Of a stretch of DNA of 64,000 bases, positions 28,328 through 39,300 are shown piece by piece. Made by a program: the position numbers and the translations under genes. The notes under the pieces were generated by a model that was not told where the DNA came from, did no database searches, and saw only the letters and a program-made list of their open reading frames with translations. Position 1 is the stretch's first letter. Each line of letters starts with the position of its first letter. The DNA comes from an uncultured Candidatus Binatia bacterium (GTDB taxonomy: Bacteria > Desulfobacterota > Binatia > UBA9968 > JAJDTQ01), in contig OZ219754.1 of NCBI GenBank assembly GCA_964291295.2, forward strand, positions 544,001-608,000, given 5' to 3'.

Positions 28328-29617
28328 TTGCTCCCGATCAAGAGTCTTCGCCGACGCCTGTCGGGACTCTACCACGGCTGGCGGATGGTGGGGCGGGCGG
28401 CCCTCATCCGGACCATCGGAGGCGGACTCCACAGCTTCGGCTTCACGGTCTACTTCATTCCCATCCGGCAGGAACTGGGGATCAGCGCCGCGGCCACCTC
28501 GCTGGCCTTCTCCCTGGCCCGCGCCGAGGGCGCCATCGAGGGACCGCTGACCGGCTGGCTCATCGACCGCTTCGGCCCCGGACCCGTGATATTGACCGCG
28601 GCGATCCTGTGCGGCATCGGCTATGTTCTCTTTTCCACCGTCGACAGCTACGCCAGCTTCCTGATCATCTACGTCGGGATCATCTCCCTGACCTTTACGG
28701 CCGGCTTCGTGCACGCTCCGGCGGTGCTTGCCGTCAACTGGTTCCGGCGCTATCGTGCGCGGGCGCTGACCTGCCTGAGCGCTGCCATGCCGGTCGGTGG
28801 AACCTTCGTCACGCTCCTGCTCGCGGTGGCCGTCCACGCCTGGGGCTGGCGCACGGCCGCGTTCCTGGCAGGATGCGTGTTCCTGTTCGTGGCCGCTCCA
28901 TTGACCCTGCGGATTCGCCGGTCACCGGAGAGCATGGGCCTGCAGATCGACACGGGGACGGCGTCCACCCCGGCGTCACCGGACGGGCTGGACGATGGCG
29001 GCGCGGCGCCGTCCGGCGAGTCCGACCACGGCGCCGGCCAGGCCATGCGTACCCCGGTCTACTGGCTCTTCGTGCTGTGGATGACCACCCGCAGCGCCGC
29101 CTACACGGTCGTCCTCACGCACTTCATCCCGTTGATGGTGTGGAAGGGCCTGACGTTCCTCACCGGGGGACTGGTGCTGTCGTGGTTCAACTTCGTGAAC
29201 ATCGCCGCCCACTTCATCATGGGGTGGATCGCCGACCAGACCCACAAGGTACGCCTCGCGGCCCTGTGCATGGCGCTTGCCTTCGTCTCGGTCCTCATCC
29301 TGATGTGGAGCGACACGGTCGTGGGCTTGCTGCTGTTCGCCACGCTGTTCAGCGTGCTGGACGCCTCGATACCGGTCTTGTGGGCGGCGGTGGGGGACTA
29401 TTTCGGGCGGCGGCGCTTCGGTACCATCCGCGGCAGCATGAGCTTCTTCTACATGTGGGGAGGCGTGCTGGGTCCCTGGCTGGCCGGCAGCATGGTCGAT
29501 CGTTTCCACAGCTACGCCCATGTATTGTGGCTCCTCCTGGGGCTGGTAGGGGCGGCCGGGGCCGCGGCGGCCCTGCTCATCAGACCCTGGAGCCGGGCCG
29601 TCGGGCGCAACGGCTGA
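28328..29617 (+). CDS. MFS transporter
   Basis: About 12 hydrophobic segments, GWLIDRFGP motif A, NWFRRYR, DYFGRRRFGTIRG. Confidence 0.88.
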   Translation: MLPIKSLRRRLSGLYHGWRMVGRAALIRTIGGGLHSFGFTVYFIPIRQELGISAAATSLAFSLARAEGAIEGPLTGWLIDRFGPGPVILTAAILCGIGYVLFSTVDSYASFLIIYVGIISLTFTAGFVHAPAVLAVNWFRRYRARALTCLSAAMPVGGTFVTLLLAVAVHAWGWRTAAFLAGCVFLFVAAPLTLRIRRSPESMGLQIDTGTASTPASPDGLDDGGAAPSGESDHGAGQAMRTPVYWLFVLWMTTRSAAYTVVLTHFIPLMVWKGLTFLTGGLVLSWFNFVNIAAHFIMGWIADQTHKVRLAALCMALAFVSVLILMWSDTVVGLLLFATLFSVLDASIPVLWAAVGDYFGRRRFGTIRGSMSFFYMWGGVLGPWLAGSMVDRFHSYAHVLWLLLGLVGAAGAAAALLIRPWSRAVGRNG

Positions 29618-29951
29618 CGCCGCCGCAGCGGTCCCGGAGCACGGGAACGACCCGTACACGCCGCCGCCCCCGGAGCGGCCGCCGCCGGGCGACGTCATCG
29701 CGGGCAACCACCCCGGAAGCACATCCGACAGGCAGATCCCGGGACTTCACGGGACATGTCCTTTGCGAAGACGGCGTGCCGTTTACCGCGGTGTGCCGTC
29801 TCATCTATAGTCACTGCAAGGAAAGAGCCCGGGGACGGGACCGGGGACGGGAATTCCGGGCGAACGCTTCCCGCGGAATGAATCGTACATGCCGCAGGGT
29901 GGTCGCCTCCCGCACGCACGTCCCGTCCACGTCTCCAGGTGCCACACCGGC

Positions 29952-30614
29952 ATGAATCGACAAAAGCGCACGGCCATCTACCGCCGGCTCCGGGAACGCA
30001 ACCCCAGCCCCTCCACCGAGCTGGACTGGGTGGACCCGTTCGAACTGCTGGTGGCGGTTGTATTGTCGGCCCAGGCCACCGACGTGAGCGTCAACAAGTG
30101 CACCGCCGCGCTGTTCCCGGTGGCCAACACCCCCGAAAAGATCCTTCGCCTGGGCACCAACCGGCTCAAGCGCTACATCCGCACCATCGGCCTGTTCAAC
30201 AGCAAGGCCGACAACCTCATCAAGACCTGCAGCCTCCTCATCGACGAGCACGGAGGAGAGGTGCCGCGCACCCGGGAGGCGCTGGAAAAGCTCCCCGGCG
30301 TCGGCCGCAAGACCGCCAACGTCATCCTCAACACCGCCTTCGGCGAACCCGCCATCGCGGTGGACACACACATCTTCCGCGTCGCCAACCGCACGCGCAT
30401 GGCCAAGGGGAAGAACCCCCTGGAGGTGGAGACCCGCCTCACCCGGCTGACGCCTCCGGAGTTCCGCAAGGACGCCCACCACTGGCTGATCCTGCACGGC
30501 CGCTACGTCTGCAAGGCGCGCAAACCCGAGTGCCCGACCTGCGCCATCGCCGACCTTTGCGAGTTTCCGGACAAGACTCCCGCCTCGCCCACTGCCGCCT
30601 CACCCACTTCATGA
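29952..30614 (+). CDS. nth: Endonuclease III
   Basis: FELLVAVVLSAQATD, HhH LPGVGRKTANV, AVDTH, C-x6-C-x2-C-x5-C cluster. Confidence 0.96.
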   Translation: MNRQKRTAIYRRLRERNPSPSTELDWVDPFELLVAVVLSAQATDVSVNKCTAALFPVANTPEKILRLGTNRLKRYIRTIGLFNSKADNLIKTCSLLIDEHGGEVPRTREALEKLPGVGRKTANVILNTAFGEPAIAVDTHIFRVANRTRMAKGKNPLEVETRLTRLTPPEFRKDAHHWLILHGRYVCKARKPECPTCAIADLCEFPDKTPASPTAASPTS

Positions 30615-30875
30615 CCGGATGGGGCTCACCTTCCCGAGTCGGATTGACAACATGGGCGTGTTGCCGCATACCTTTCGGCACCAGACCCGCAAGAGACACC
30701 GCCGGCGGCGCGGGGGCGGGCACCTGTTCCGTGGAGCGCGGATGCCGGCTCCTCGACATCGACCCGGGCAGGGTTCTGGAACCGTCGGGCACGGTTCCGG
30801 TCGCCATCAAGCCGTGTTCCCGTTTCAGGCACGGGTGGCCCACCGGCCCGTGTCCATCCCGCACCCGGAGAACCC

Positions 30876-31640
30876 ATGGCAGCCATCGTTCTGGAAAAGA
30901 CCGGCCGCGTGGCCTCCATCGTCATCGACCGTCCGCCGTTGAACGTGCTCGACCTGGCAAGGCTGCGGGAACTGCGCACGGTGCTCGACGACATGGACGG
31001 GGACGAGACGGTGGACCTCGTGGAGATTCGCGGCGCGGGCAACAGGGCCTTTTCGGCCGGCGTGGACGTGAAGGACCACACCCGGGCTCAGGTGCCCGAG
31101 ATGCTTGATCTTGTGCACGGCGTGATCCGGAAGCTGATGGGTCTCCGGCAACCCACCATCGCGGTCGTGGACGGCGTCTGTCTGGGCGGGGGCTGCGAGT
31201 TGGCTTCGTCCTGCGACCTGGTCCTTGCCTCCGAAGACAGCCTGTTCGCCACTCCGGAGATCACCGTCGGCTGTTTCCCGCCAGTGGCGCTGGCGCGGTT
31301 CGCCTCGCAGATCGGCTACCACCGGGCTGCCGAGATGATCCTCACGGGCCGCCGCCTGTCGGCACGGGAGGCCGCCGCCATCGGACTGGTGAACCGCGTG
31401 GTGCCGCGGGACCGACTCGGCGAGACACTGCAGACACTTCGAGACGAATTGCTGGACAAGAGCCGGGCGGTGCTGCGCATCACCCTCAAGGGTCTGCGGG
31501 AAATCGGACTCAAGGAAATCGCCGCCGCGCTGGCGCGTTCCGAAGAGATCTATCTCAAGGAGCTGCTGGATACCGAAGACGTCGAGGAAGGCGTCCGGGC
31601 GTTCCTGGAGAAACGCGAGCCAAGGTGGCTGCACCGATAG
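30876..31640 (+). CDS. Enoyl-CoA hydratase/isomerase family protein
   Basis: [42 protein letters not shown]. Confidence 0.9.
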   Translation: MAAIVLEKTGRVASIVIDRPPLNVLDLARLRELRTVLDDMDGDETVDLVEIRGAGNRAFSAGVDVKDHTRAQVPEMLDLVHGVIRKLMGLRQPTIAVVDGVCLGGGCELASSCDLVLASEDSLFATPEITVGCFPPVALARFASQIGYHRAAEMILTGRRLSAREAAAIGLVNRVVPRDRLGETLQTLRDELLDKSRAVLRITLKGLREIGLKEIAAALARSEEIYLKELLDTEDVEEGVRAFLEKREPRWLHR

Positions 31641-31659
31641 CCGCGGGGCCGCCTCCACC

Positions 31660-31945
31660 GTCGGGCGGGTTGGCTGGCCAGACAGCTTCGATGATCCGTT
31701 CCCGATCGGGAACAAAGCTGCGCTCGAGCGGCGGCGCGCACGGCACGGGGATGTTGGAAGCGGCGACCGGAGGATGGGGCTGTCGAGGTGGTAGAGCGCC
31801 TGCTCCTGGATCCGGGCGGCGATTTCCGCGCCCCCCCGCCTCGTGCACCACGATCAACCGTGACGTCTTTCTGACCGACGCCACCAAGGTGTCGACGTCC
31901 AGCGGCACAAGGCTGCGGAGATCCAGGACCTCCACGGAGACCTGC
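31660..31945 (-). pseudogene. 2-oxoacid dehydrogenase E1-beta (transketolase C-terminal domain) remnant
   Basis: [13 protein letters not shown]...[13 protein letters not shown], shifted-frame [19 protein letters not shown], then [10 protein letters not shown]. Confidence 0.75.
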
Positions 31946-31976
31946 CCGCCAGCGCCGCGCCGATGGCCGCGCCCAT

Positions 31977-33485
31977 TCATGCGCCGGCTCCCGCTGGTTG
32001 GCCCAAACGGACTTTCGGCCCGTGCAGCGCCAATCGGCGAAACCTGGCGCGATCGATCTTGAACGCCCGGAGATCGCCCTCCGGCCACTCGTAGAACGCG
32101 TCGGGGACCTTGTAGCGCGGCAGTGTCCGCCCGAGCCATCGGGCCAGCGCCAGACCGCCGGGACAGCCGTCGCGCGGCTGGACGAACGCCACGCAACGCT
32201 GGCCGAACTCCTCGTTCGGAATGGGCACCACCACCGCCTGGTCGACGCCGTCGTGATCGGTCAGGGCGCGTTCGATCTCCTCAGGGTGTATAGTCTCGCC
32301 GCCCGAGAAGAACCGGTTGTCGCGGCGGCCGATCACGGTCAGGTACCCGTCGTCGTCCAGGCGCCCGAGGTCTCCGGTCGCGAACCAGCCGTCCTCGGTC
32401 AACGGACGCCTCAGGCTCTCGCCTTCGACATAGCCCATGAACAGAGTCTCCCCGGCCAACTGGATCTCTCCCTCGGGGCCGATCCGAAGCTTCCGGTACG
32501 GCAGCGGCTTCCCCGAGGTAAGCCGCTGGAGCGTGTTGGAACCGGGGCCGGTGGTGGCCACCTGCGAGGCCATTTCGGTGCAGCCGTAGCTCGCGAACAC
32601 CGGCAAGCCGCGCTCGCCGGCCCGCTCAAGCAACTTCAAAGGGACCGGGCTGCCCCCCAGGATGATACAGCGAAGCGAAGGGTAATGCAGGGAGTCGGGC
32701 CGCCGCAACAGCCGGTGCAGTTGCGTCACCACCACCGACAGGTGCGTCACCTGGCGGCGGCTCAAGACCTCATCCAGGGTCTCGCCCTCGTCCGGCATGA
32801 CGACGGTGGCGCCGGCCAGCAGGCAGCGAAAGAGAATACCGAGGCCGCCCACGTGGTAGAGCGGCAGGTCCAGCAGCCAGCGGTCACCGGCCGCCAGCGG
32901 CAGATTCCGGTTGGAGCCGAGAGCATTGTAGTAGTGGTTTCCGTAGGAGTGAAGCACCGCCTTGGGGGCGCCGGTGCTGCCGGAGGTGAAGACGATGGTG
33001 GCGGGCCGGTCCAGTGGCATGGCGGCGTCTCCGGGCGCCGCCCCGGGGGGTTCTTCGGATCCGACCGCGCCGCCATCCATGGCGACCTCAAGGTCGCGGC
33101 TCTGGATGACCCGCATGTCATGCCCCTCCAGCAGCCGCGCGCCGCCGGACGCCGCCGGCGCCGGCATCCGCACCACCATCCTGTGGCAGTCGACGCGACG
33201 CAGGAGGTCCGCCACCGTGCGGTTCGGGAGTCTCGTGTTCATCGGACAGCACACCGCCCCCAGGCGCAGCACCGCCAGCAACCAGGCGAGGTAGTCCGGG
33301 CTGTTGGGCGCCAGTATGGCCACGCGCTCGCCGCTACGGCAGCCGGCCCGTTCCAGCGCCGCCGTCACCCGCTCCACGCGCCGTTGAAACTCCCGGTAGG
33401 AGAACACGCGGGCGCCGCGGACCACCGCGGGCCGGTCCGCATGGCGCTCGGCCGCCTCTTCCAGGGGACAACGGACCTCAGCCAT
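31977..33485 (-). CDS. menE: o-succinylbenzoate-CoA ligase
   Basis: [41 protein letters not shown]; downstream of menB-menA. Confidence 0.85.
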   Translation of the reverse strand: MAEVRCPLEEAAERHADRPAVVRGARVFSYREFQRRVERVTAALERAGCRSGERVAILAPNSPDYLAWLLAVLRLGAVCCPMNTRLPNRTVADLLRRVDCHRMVVRMPAPAASGGARLLEGHDMRVIQSRDLEVAMDGGAVGSEEPPGAAPGDAAMPLDRPATIVFTSGSTGAPKAVLHSYGNHYYNALGSNRNLPLAAGDRWLLDLPLYHVGGLGILFRCLLAGATVVMPDEGETLDEVLSRRQVTHLSVVVTQLHRLLRRPDSLHYPSLRCIILGGSPVPLKLLERAGERGLPVFASYGCTEMASQVATTGPGSNTLQRLTSGKPLPYRKLRIGPEGEIQLAGETLFMGYVEGESLRRPLTEDGWFATGDLGRLDDDGYLTVIGRRDNRFFSGGETIHPEEIERALTDHDGVDQAVVVPIPNEEFGQRCVAFVQPRDGCPGGLALARWLGRTLPRYKVPDAFYEWPEGDLRAFKIDRARFRRLALHGPKVRLGQPAGAGA

Positions 33486-33690
33486 GCCCGATCCCGCCCA
33501 TCGCGCACCCGCCGATGCGGTGCAGAGGGGTCACGGCGGCGCTCCATCCAACGACTCCGGCGCGGAGCGGAAAGCGCGGCTCGACCCAGTCCGCATGGAG
33601 CCGCCGGAAGGCGGCGGGAACTGCCGGCCCCAGGGCGGCCCATGCCAGCGGAAGGCGACAGCGAAAGATCCTGCGGTTCGACAGGGTCAC
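33478..33690 (-). pseudogene. Possible internally deleted o-succinylbenzoate synthase (MenC) scar
   Basis: 70-codon ORF overlapping the menE start; N-terminus (IFRCRLPL) resembles MenC starts; position between menA and menE. No catalytic motifs left. Confidence 0.35.
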
Positions 33691-33864
33691 GGCGTGTCCG
33701 GGTTACGGATCCGGGTTACGTTAGATGCGGCCGGGTTCTCACCGACCTTGCATGGCGTTTCCCCATTGATAGCACTTGCCCGCCGCCATTTTGAACTGCC
33801 GTTGCCGGTTTCATGCCGGGGCCGGGCGCGAGGGGAACGGCCGGCGGCCCGAAGCACCGGCCCT

Positions 33865-34761
33865 TCACAGAATCCAGCCGGCAGAGAACACCGCGCTGTA
33901 GAGCAGCAGCAGACGCGCGGTGTAGGCAAGGACCGGGTTCAGCAGCGGGCCTTCGGAAGTGAAGAGACGGCGAAAAGCCGGCAGCGCCGCCACGGCGACA
34001 ACAACGGCGGCGACCGACCAGGGGTGCCGGCCCGAGGTGACGTAGAGGGCAAGGGGCAGCAGGCAGGCCCCCACGACGGCCGCGATGTATTCGCCTCGGG
34101 CAAAGCCCGCCCCGAAGCGGACCGCCAGCGTTCGCTTGCCCGTCCGGCGGTCTTCATCCACGTCGCGCAGGTTGTTGACCGCAAGGATGGCGACGGACAG
34201 AAGCCCCGGCGCGAGCCCGGCGATGATCACCGTGGCATTGACCGTCAAGGTCTGCACGTAATAGGTTCCGGCCACCGCCACCGGCCCGAAGAACACCAGC
34301 ACCAGCAGATCGCCCAGGCCCAGATAGCCCAGGGGGCGGGGTCCGCCGGTGTAGAGAATCCCGCACGCAACCGAAAGAACGCCGATGAAAATCGCCGGCC
34401 AGCCACCGCGCCAGACGAGGTAGAGGCCCCCGGACAAGGTGAGCAGCAGCACCACGAGGATGCCGCGCTTCATCCTCCCGGGCGTCACGAGTCCGGCCTG
34501 GGTGACCCGCAGCGGTCCCTGACGCGCTTCGGTATCGGCGCCTTTCTCGTAGTCGAAGAGGTCGTTGGCGAAATTGGTGGCGACCTGGATCAGCACCGAG
34601 CAGGCCAGCGCCACCAGCGCCGCAGGTGCGTGAAACCCGCCGTCGCCGAAAGCCATGGCGGTGCCCATCACCACCGGGGCCACGGATGCCCAGAGGGTCT
34701 TGGGTCGAGCCGCCAGGAGCCAGACGGAGGCGGGCGGGCGGGAGAGGGGGTCGTGGTTCAC
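33865..34761 (-). CDS. menA: 1,4-dihydroxy-2-naphthoate polyprenyltransferase
   Basis: AARPKTL, NFANDLFDYEKGAD, YTGGP.PLGY.GLGD, VNNLRDVDED..GKRTLAVR. Confidence 0.95.
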   Translation of the reverse strand: MNHDPLSRPPASVWLLAARPKTLWASVAPVVMGTAMAFGDGGFHAPAALVALACSVLIQVATNFANDLFDYEKGADTEARQGPLRVTQAGLVTPGRMKRGILVVLLLTLSGGLYLVWRGGWPAIFIGVLSVACGILYTGGPRPLGYLGLGDLLVLVFFGPVAVAGTYYVQTLTVNATVIIAGLAPGLLSVAILAVNNLRDVDEDRRTGKRTLAVRFGAGFARGEYIAAVVGACLLPLALYVTSGRHPWSVAAVVVAVAALPAFRRLFTSEGPLLNPVLAYTARLLLLYSAVFSAGWIL

Positions 34762-34781
34762 GCGTTCCCTCGTCGCCGGGT

Positions 34782-35606
34782 TCAGGGGCGGCGGGGGAAT
34801 CGGGAGAAGTCCGGCTTGCGCTTCTCGACGAAGGCGTTCCGACCCTCCTGCCCCTCTTCGGTCATGTAGAACAGCATGGTGGCGTTGCCCGCCAACTCCT
34901 GCAGCCCCGCCTGGCCGTCGCAGTCCGCGTTGAACGCCGCCTTGAGGCAGCGGATGGCAATCGGCGAGTTGGCGAGAATCTCCCGGCACCACCCCACCGT
35001 CTCCTCCTCCAGCCCCTCGTACGGCACCACCGCGTTCACCAACCCCATCTCCAGCGCCTGCCCCGCGTCGTACTGCCGGCACAGGTACCAGATCTCCCGG
35101 GCCTTCTTCTGCCCCACGATACGCGCCAGGTAGGTGGCGCCGTAGCCCCCGTCGAACGAACCCACCCGTGGACCCGTCTGTCCGAAGATCGCGTTGTCGG
35201 CCGCGATGGTCAGGTCGCACATGACGTGCAGCACGTGCCCCCCACCCACCGCGTAACCCGCCACCATGGCGATGACCGGCTTCGGGCAACTTCGCATCTG
35301 ACGCTGGAACTCCAGTACGTTCAGCCGGTGCACCCCCGACTCATCCTTGTAGCCGGAGTCGCCCCGAACCTTCTGGTCCCCGCCGGAGCAAAACGCCTCC
35401 CGACCCTCCCCCGTCAGGATCACCACCCCGATGACCGGGTCATTCCGCGCATCGTCCAGCGCCCGGATCATCTCCTCCACCGTCAGCGGGCGGAAGGCGT
35501 TGCGGACCTCCGGCCGATTGATGGTGATCTTCGCGATGCCCTCGTCGGTCTTGTGATACCGGATATCGCTATATGTCCCCGCCTCGGTCCATTCGATCAT
35601 CGCCAT
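34782..35606 (-). CDS. menB: 1,4-dihydroxy-2-naphthoyl-CoA synthase
   Basis: [51 protein letters not shown]. Confidence 0.97.
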   Translation of the reverse strand: MAMIEWTEAGTYSDIRYHKTDEGIAKITINRPEVRNAFRPLTVEEMIRALDDARNDPVIGVVILTGEGREAFCSGGDQKVRGDSGYKDESGVHRLNVLEFQRQMRSCPKPVIAMVAGYAVGGGHVLHVMCDLTIAADNAIFGQTGPRVGSFDGGYGATYLARIVGQKKAREIWYLCRQYDAGQALEMGLVNAVVPYEGLEEETVGWCREILANSPIAIRCLKAAFNADCDGQAGLQELAGNATMLFYMTEEGQEGRNAFVEKRKPDFSRFPRRP

Positions 35607-36341
35607 CCTCCGACTTCCCTCCCACCACCCCGTTCGCCCGCTGCCATGAAGGGATGGTCGCAGACGGCGGCGCTCCAGCGGCGTCTTTGCCGCCCGGCGA
35701 CGGCACCAACGACCGGGCTTCGCCCCCCGGTTCCCCTTTTCGCGGCTACGACGCCAGGATGATACCGGCCTCCCGGTTCGTCACCCACCGCTCACCAGAA
35801 ACCGCTCACCAGAAAATCCCGCAGGGTGCGTGGGAACGTCTCAAGGTTCTCGAAATGCGTGTTGTGCCCGCGTCCGGGATGGCCACGGGCCTGCCCTTCC
35901 AAGGAGGCTTACCATATCCCGCACGGCTTTTCTGTAGCGTGGATCCAACTCGCCGGCCACGGGAAAGTCAACAGCGGGAGTTGCCGCCAGAGGCCGGGCC
36001 GGGAGCCCGTGCCCATGAGGCGAAGCGAGCGGGCAGGTACGACCGCCACTCCATCCGCACCCTGAAACGGGCCTGGTCACGTGGCCCTGGTCACGGAATC
36101 TTCGTCACGGTCGATGGAACGGAACCGCGGCTGCCGGTATCTGCCTTCCGGAAAGGCCTCCGGTCCCGGCCCTTCCGACTCGCACGCCCCGGCCCCATTC
36201 CGCTCCCGCCGGCTCGCCTGTTCCGACTCCGACGCCAGCCCGGGGGAACCTGGATTCCACCACCAAGGTCCGGCTTCTGCCGCTGATCGGACGGGGCCGC
36301 GGCGAAATCCCTTCCCTCCAATCGCGGGCGGGGCGTTCTCC

Positions 36342-39300
36342 TCACCAGCGCAGCGCACCGCGCAGCATGAGGCTCTGCTCGCCGTTGGTCCAGGGCCGGC
36401 TTGTGCCCTCGATTCCCAGGGCGACCCCCGAGCCCAGGCGGTAGCGCGCACCCAGGCGCAGCGTGCGCTCGCCCGACTCCGCCAAGCTGAGCCCGGCATA
36501 AGGCGTCAGCAGCGCCGGGCCGGCGATGCCGATGCCGTGCCCCATCTCCGCCTCCAGACGGCTCTCCTCCGCCCCCGCCCCGCTGTCCGTGGCCGGACCG
36601 TAGTCGAACAACCCCCTCACACCGCTTGCCGTGCGACCGTGGGCCGGGCCGAAGCTCAGATAGCTCCCCCGACCGTCGGCCCCGGGGTCCAGGATCACCA
36701 GGGCGCTCACGCCCCATTCCTTCCGGTCCCGCTCGTGCACCGCCAGCATCCGGGCCCGCAACTCCGCGGTCAGACGGGCACCCGGGTCGCGCCAGATCAC
36801 GCCAGCCCCCACCTCCACCCCGCCGCCCTGCCCAACGTCGCCGTCGTCATGACGCACGCCCACTTCCAGCGCCGGCGTCAGCGTCGCATCGCCCCCGACC
36901 CGGTGCTCCCACGACCCCTCCACCATCAGCCGCAGTCGGCTCGCCTTCACCGTCAACTCCGTCAGACCGTCGCCGGCCTCCGTGCCCAGTTGGACCAGGG
37001 AGCCCTCCCCCTTCACCGCCACTCGCGTGGTGCCCCCTGCGATGATCTCCGGATCCTCCACCAGCACCCCGCGACCGCCCACCGCCCCAATCCACTGCGA
37101 CAGGTCCGCCGTGCGCGCCGCCGCTCCCGCCTCGGTGATCCGAACCTCGCCCCTCCCGTAACCCGCGCTGGCCCACAGCGTCGTGCCGTCCGCACGCAGC
37201 CACGCCAGATACGGATTCACCGACACCACCCGGCTCTCGTGCCTGCTTTTCGTCCGGTCGCCCCTCTTCGACACCGCATCCACCTTGCCCTTCGCATACG
37301 ACACCGCCGCCCCCGCCAGCAGGTCCGGGCGAACCCGAACGTCCGCCCCCAGATACCCCGACCACAGCCCGCCCTCCCAGGAAAGATCCCGCTCCGAACC
37401 CGACAGCGACCGCCACTCGCCCACTCCCCACAACGCCGGCGCCGCCGCCCCTCCCGCCCCCGAAGCACCCAGCGGCAGCGCGAAGGAGGCCCCGTCCAGC
37501 ATCTCCCGCAGGCCCGGTCCCCCTTGCCCCGGGTCTCCCAAGCCAACCCACTTCTCCTCCACCGCCTTCCCCGGCGCCGCTCCGAAGCGCACCGCACCGC
37601 CCACACCGCCATCCGACACCGCTTCGATCCGCCTCGTCACCGCCTCCAGCGTCTGCGACAGCGCCATCGCCGCCACCTGCGGCAGGATCGCACGGTTCAC
37701 CCGATCCGCCCCCTCCGACGAACCCTCTTCCAGAACTCCCTCCGCCTCCGCATCCACCCCCACCGCATAACCCTCCGCCGCGTTCAGCGTGATGCCGTAC
37801 GACTCCCGGCCTTCCACCTCTCCATCCGTGCGGGTGGGGATCATCACCAAACCCCTCCGGCTCGCCGTGGCGCCGAACACCGCATCCAACGAACGCGGCC
37901 CCAGTCCCCCCGGAAGATCCTCCGCATCGAAGCCACTGCCGTCGCGCGCCGCCAGCGTCAGACTCACCACCAGATTGCCCGTCAGCGCACGATCCGAGGT
38001 CACCGTGAGATGGATGTCCTCCCCCTCCGCCACCGCCGCCGGGTCCGTCTCCAGACTCAGCACCGGCGTCGTGTCCCTCACCCGCACCACCACCGAGGCG
38101 ATGCTCACCGAATCGTAGCCCCCGCCCCTCGCTCCGTGCGTCAGCGTCGCCCTGTCGTCCGCCGTGTCCGCATCACGAGCCGCGCTCACCGTCACCCGCT
38201 GCGGCTCGCTCCAGTTCGACACCGTGAAGCTCAGGCGCCGCGGCACCACCGTCACCTCCCCCGATGCCCCGCCCACCGTCACCGTCACCGTCCCCGTGGG
38301 CTCCGCACCCAGCACCACCGTGTAGCTCCCGGTGCCGCCCTCCTCCACCGTCAGCGCCGTCGGCGTCACCCGCACGCTCCCGCTCCCGCCCGCCGCGGGA
38401 GGCGTCGGCGTCGTCCCGGGAGGCGTGGAGGGCGGCGTGGCGCCCGTCGGCGTCGCGCTCACTGGCGCATCCGGGCCAGCGCCGTTGCCGGCCACGTTCA
38501 CCGCGCGCACCTCGAACTGATACGCGGTGCCGTTGGTCAGCCCGCTCACCTCGTAGCTGGTGGTGCTCGCTCCGGAGCCCCCAATGTCCGTCCACGCGCC
38601 CCAGGACTCGCCACCGGCCTTCTGCCGGTATTGCCACTTCGTGATGGTCGGATTGCCCGCGTCCGTCCAGCTCAGCGTCACCGAACCGTCCCCCGCCGCC
38701 GCCGCCAGGCCCGTCGGCTTCGCCGGCACCACGCCGCTCTCCGTCACGCTCACCACCACCGAGGCGATGCTCACCGAACCGTAGCCGCCCCCCGTCGCAC
38801 TGTGGGTCAGCGTCACGTCCGGGTCCGTCGTCGTGTCCCCGTCCTCCGCCGCGTTCACCGTCACCGTCTGCGGCATGTTCCAGTCCGAGGTGGTGAAGGT
38901 CAGCGGCGAGCCCGCCACCGTCACGTCCTCCGCCTCGCCCGCCACCGTGATCGTCACATCGCTCGACGGCACCGCGTTCAGCCGCATCGTGTAGCTGCCG
39001 CTGCTCCCCTCCGCCACCGTCAGCGCCGCCGTCGACACCGTCACCCCCGGCGCATCGGCCACCGTCACATCCACCGTGCCCGCATCCGGTATCGCATCCA
39101 CCGTCGCCCCCGTCAGCCGGAAGGCGTGGTTGATCGTCGCCGTGCCGTTCTTGACCCCGGTCACCGTCACATCCTGCGCCGTGTTGTAGTTGTCCGTGGT
39201 AAACGTCAGACTCGGCGGACTCACCGTCGCCGTCGCCGTGTCGTCGCTCGCGATCGACAGCGTTCCCGCATACGCCTTCTTCAGCGCCACCGTGTAGGTC

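Noticed and set aside
35607-36341. 735-bp gap between menB and the adhesin as an ncRNA or small-gene locus
   Set aside because: No convincing ORF, RBS or recognisable RNA motif beyond one 14-bp duplication
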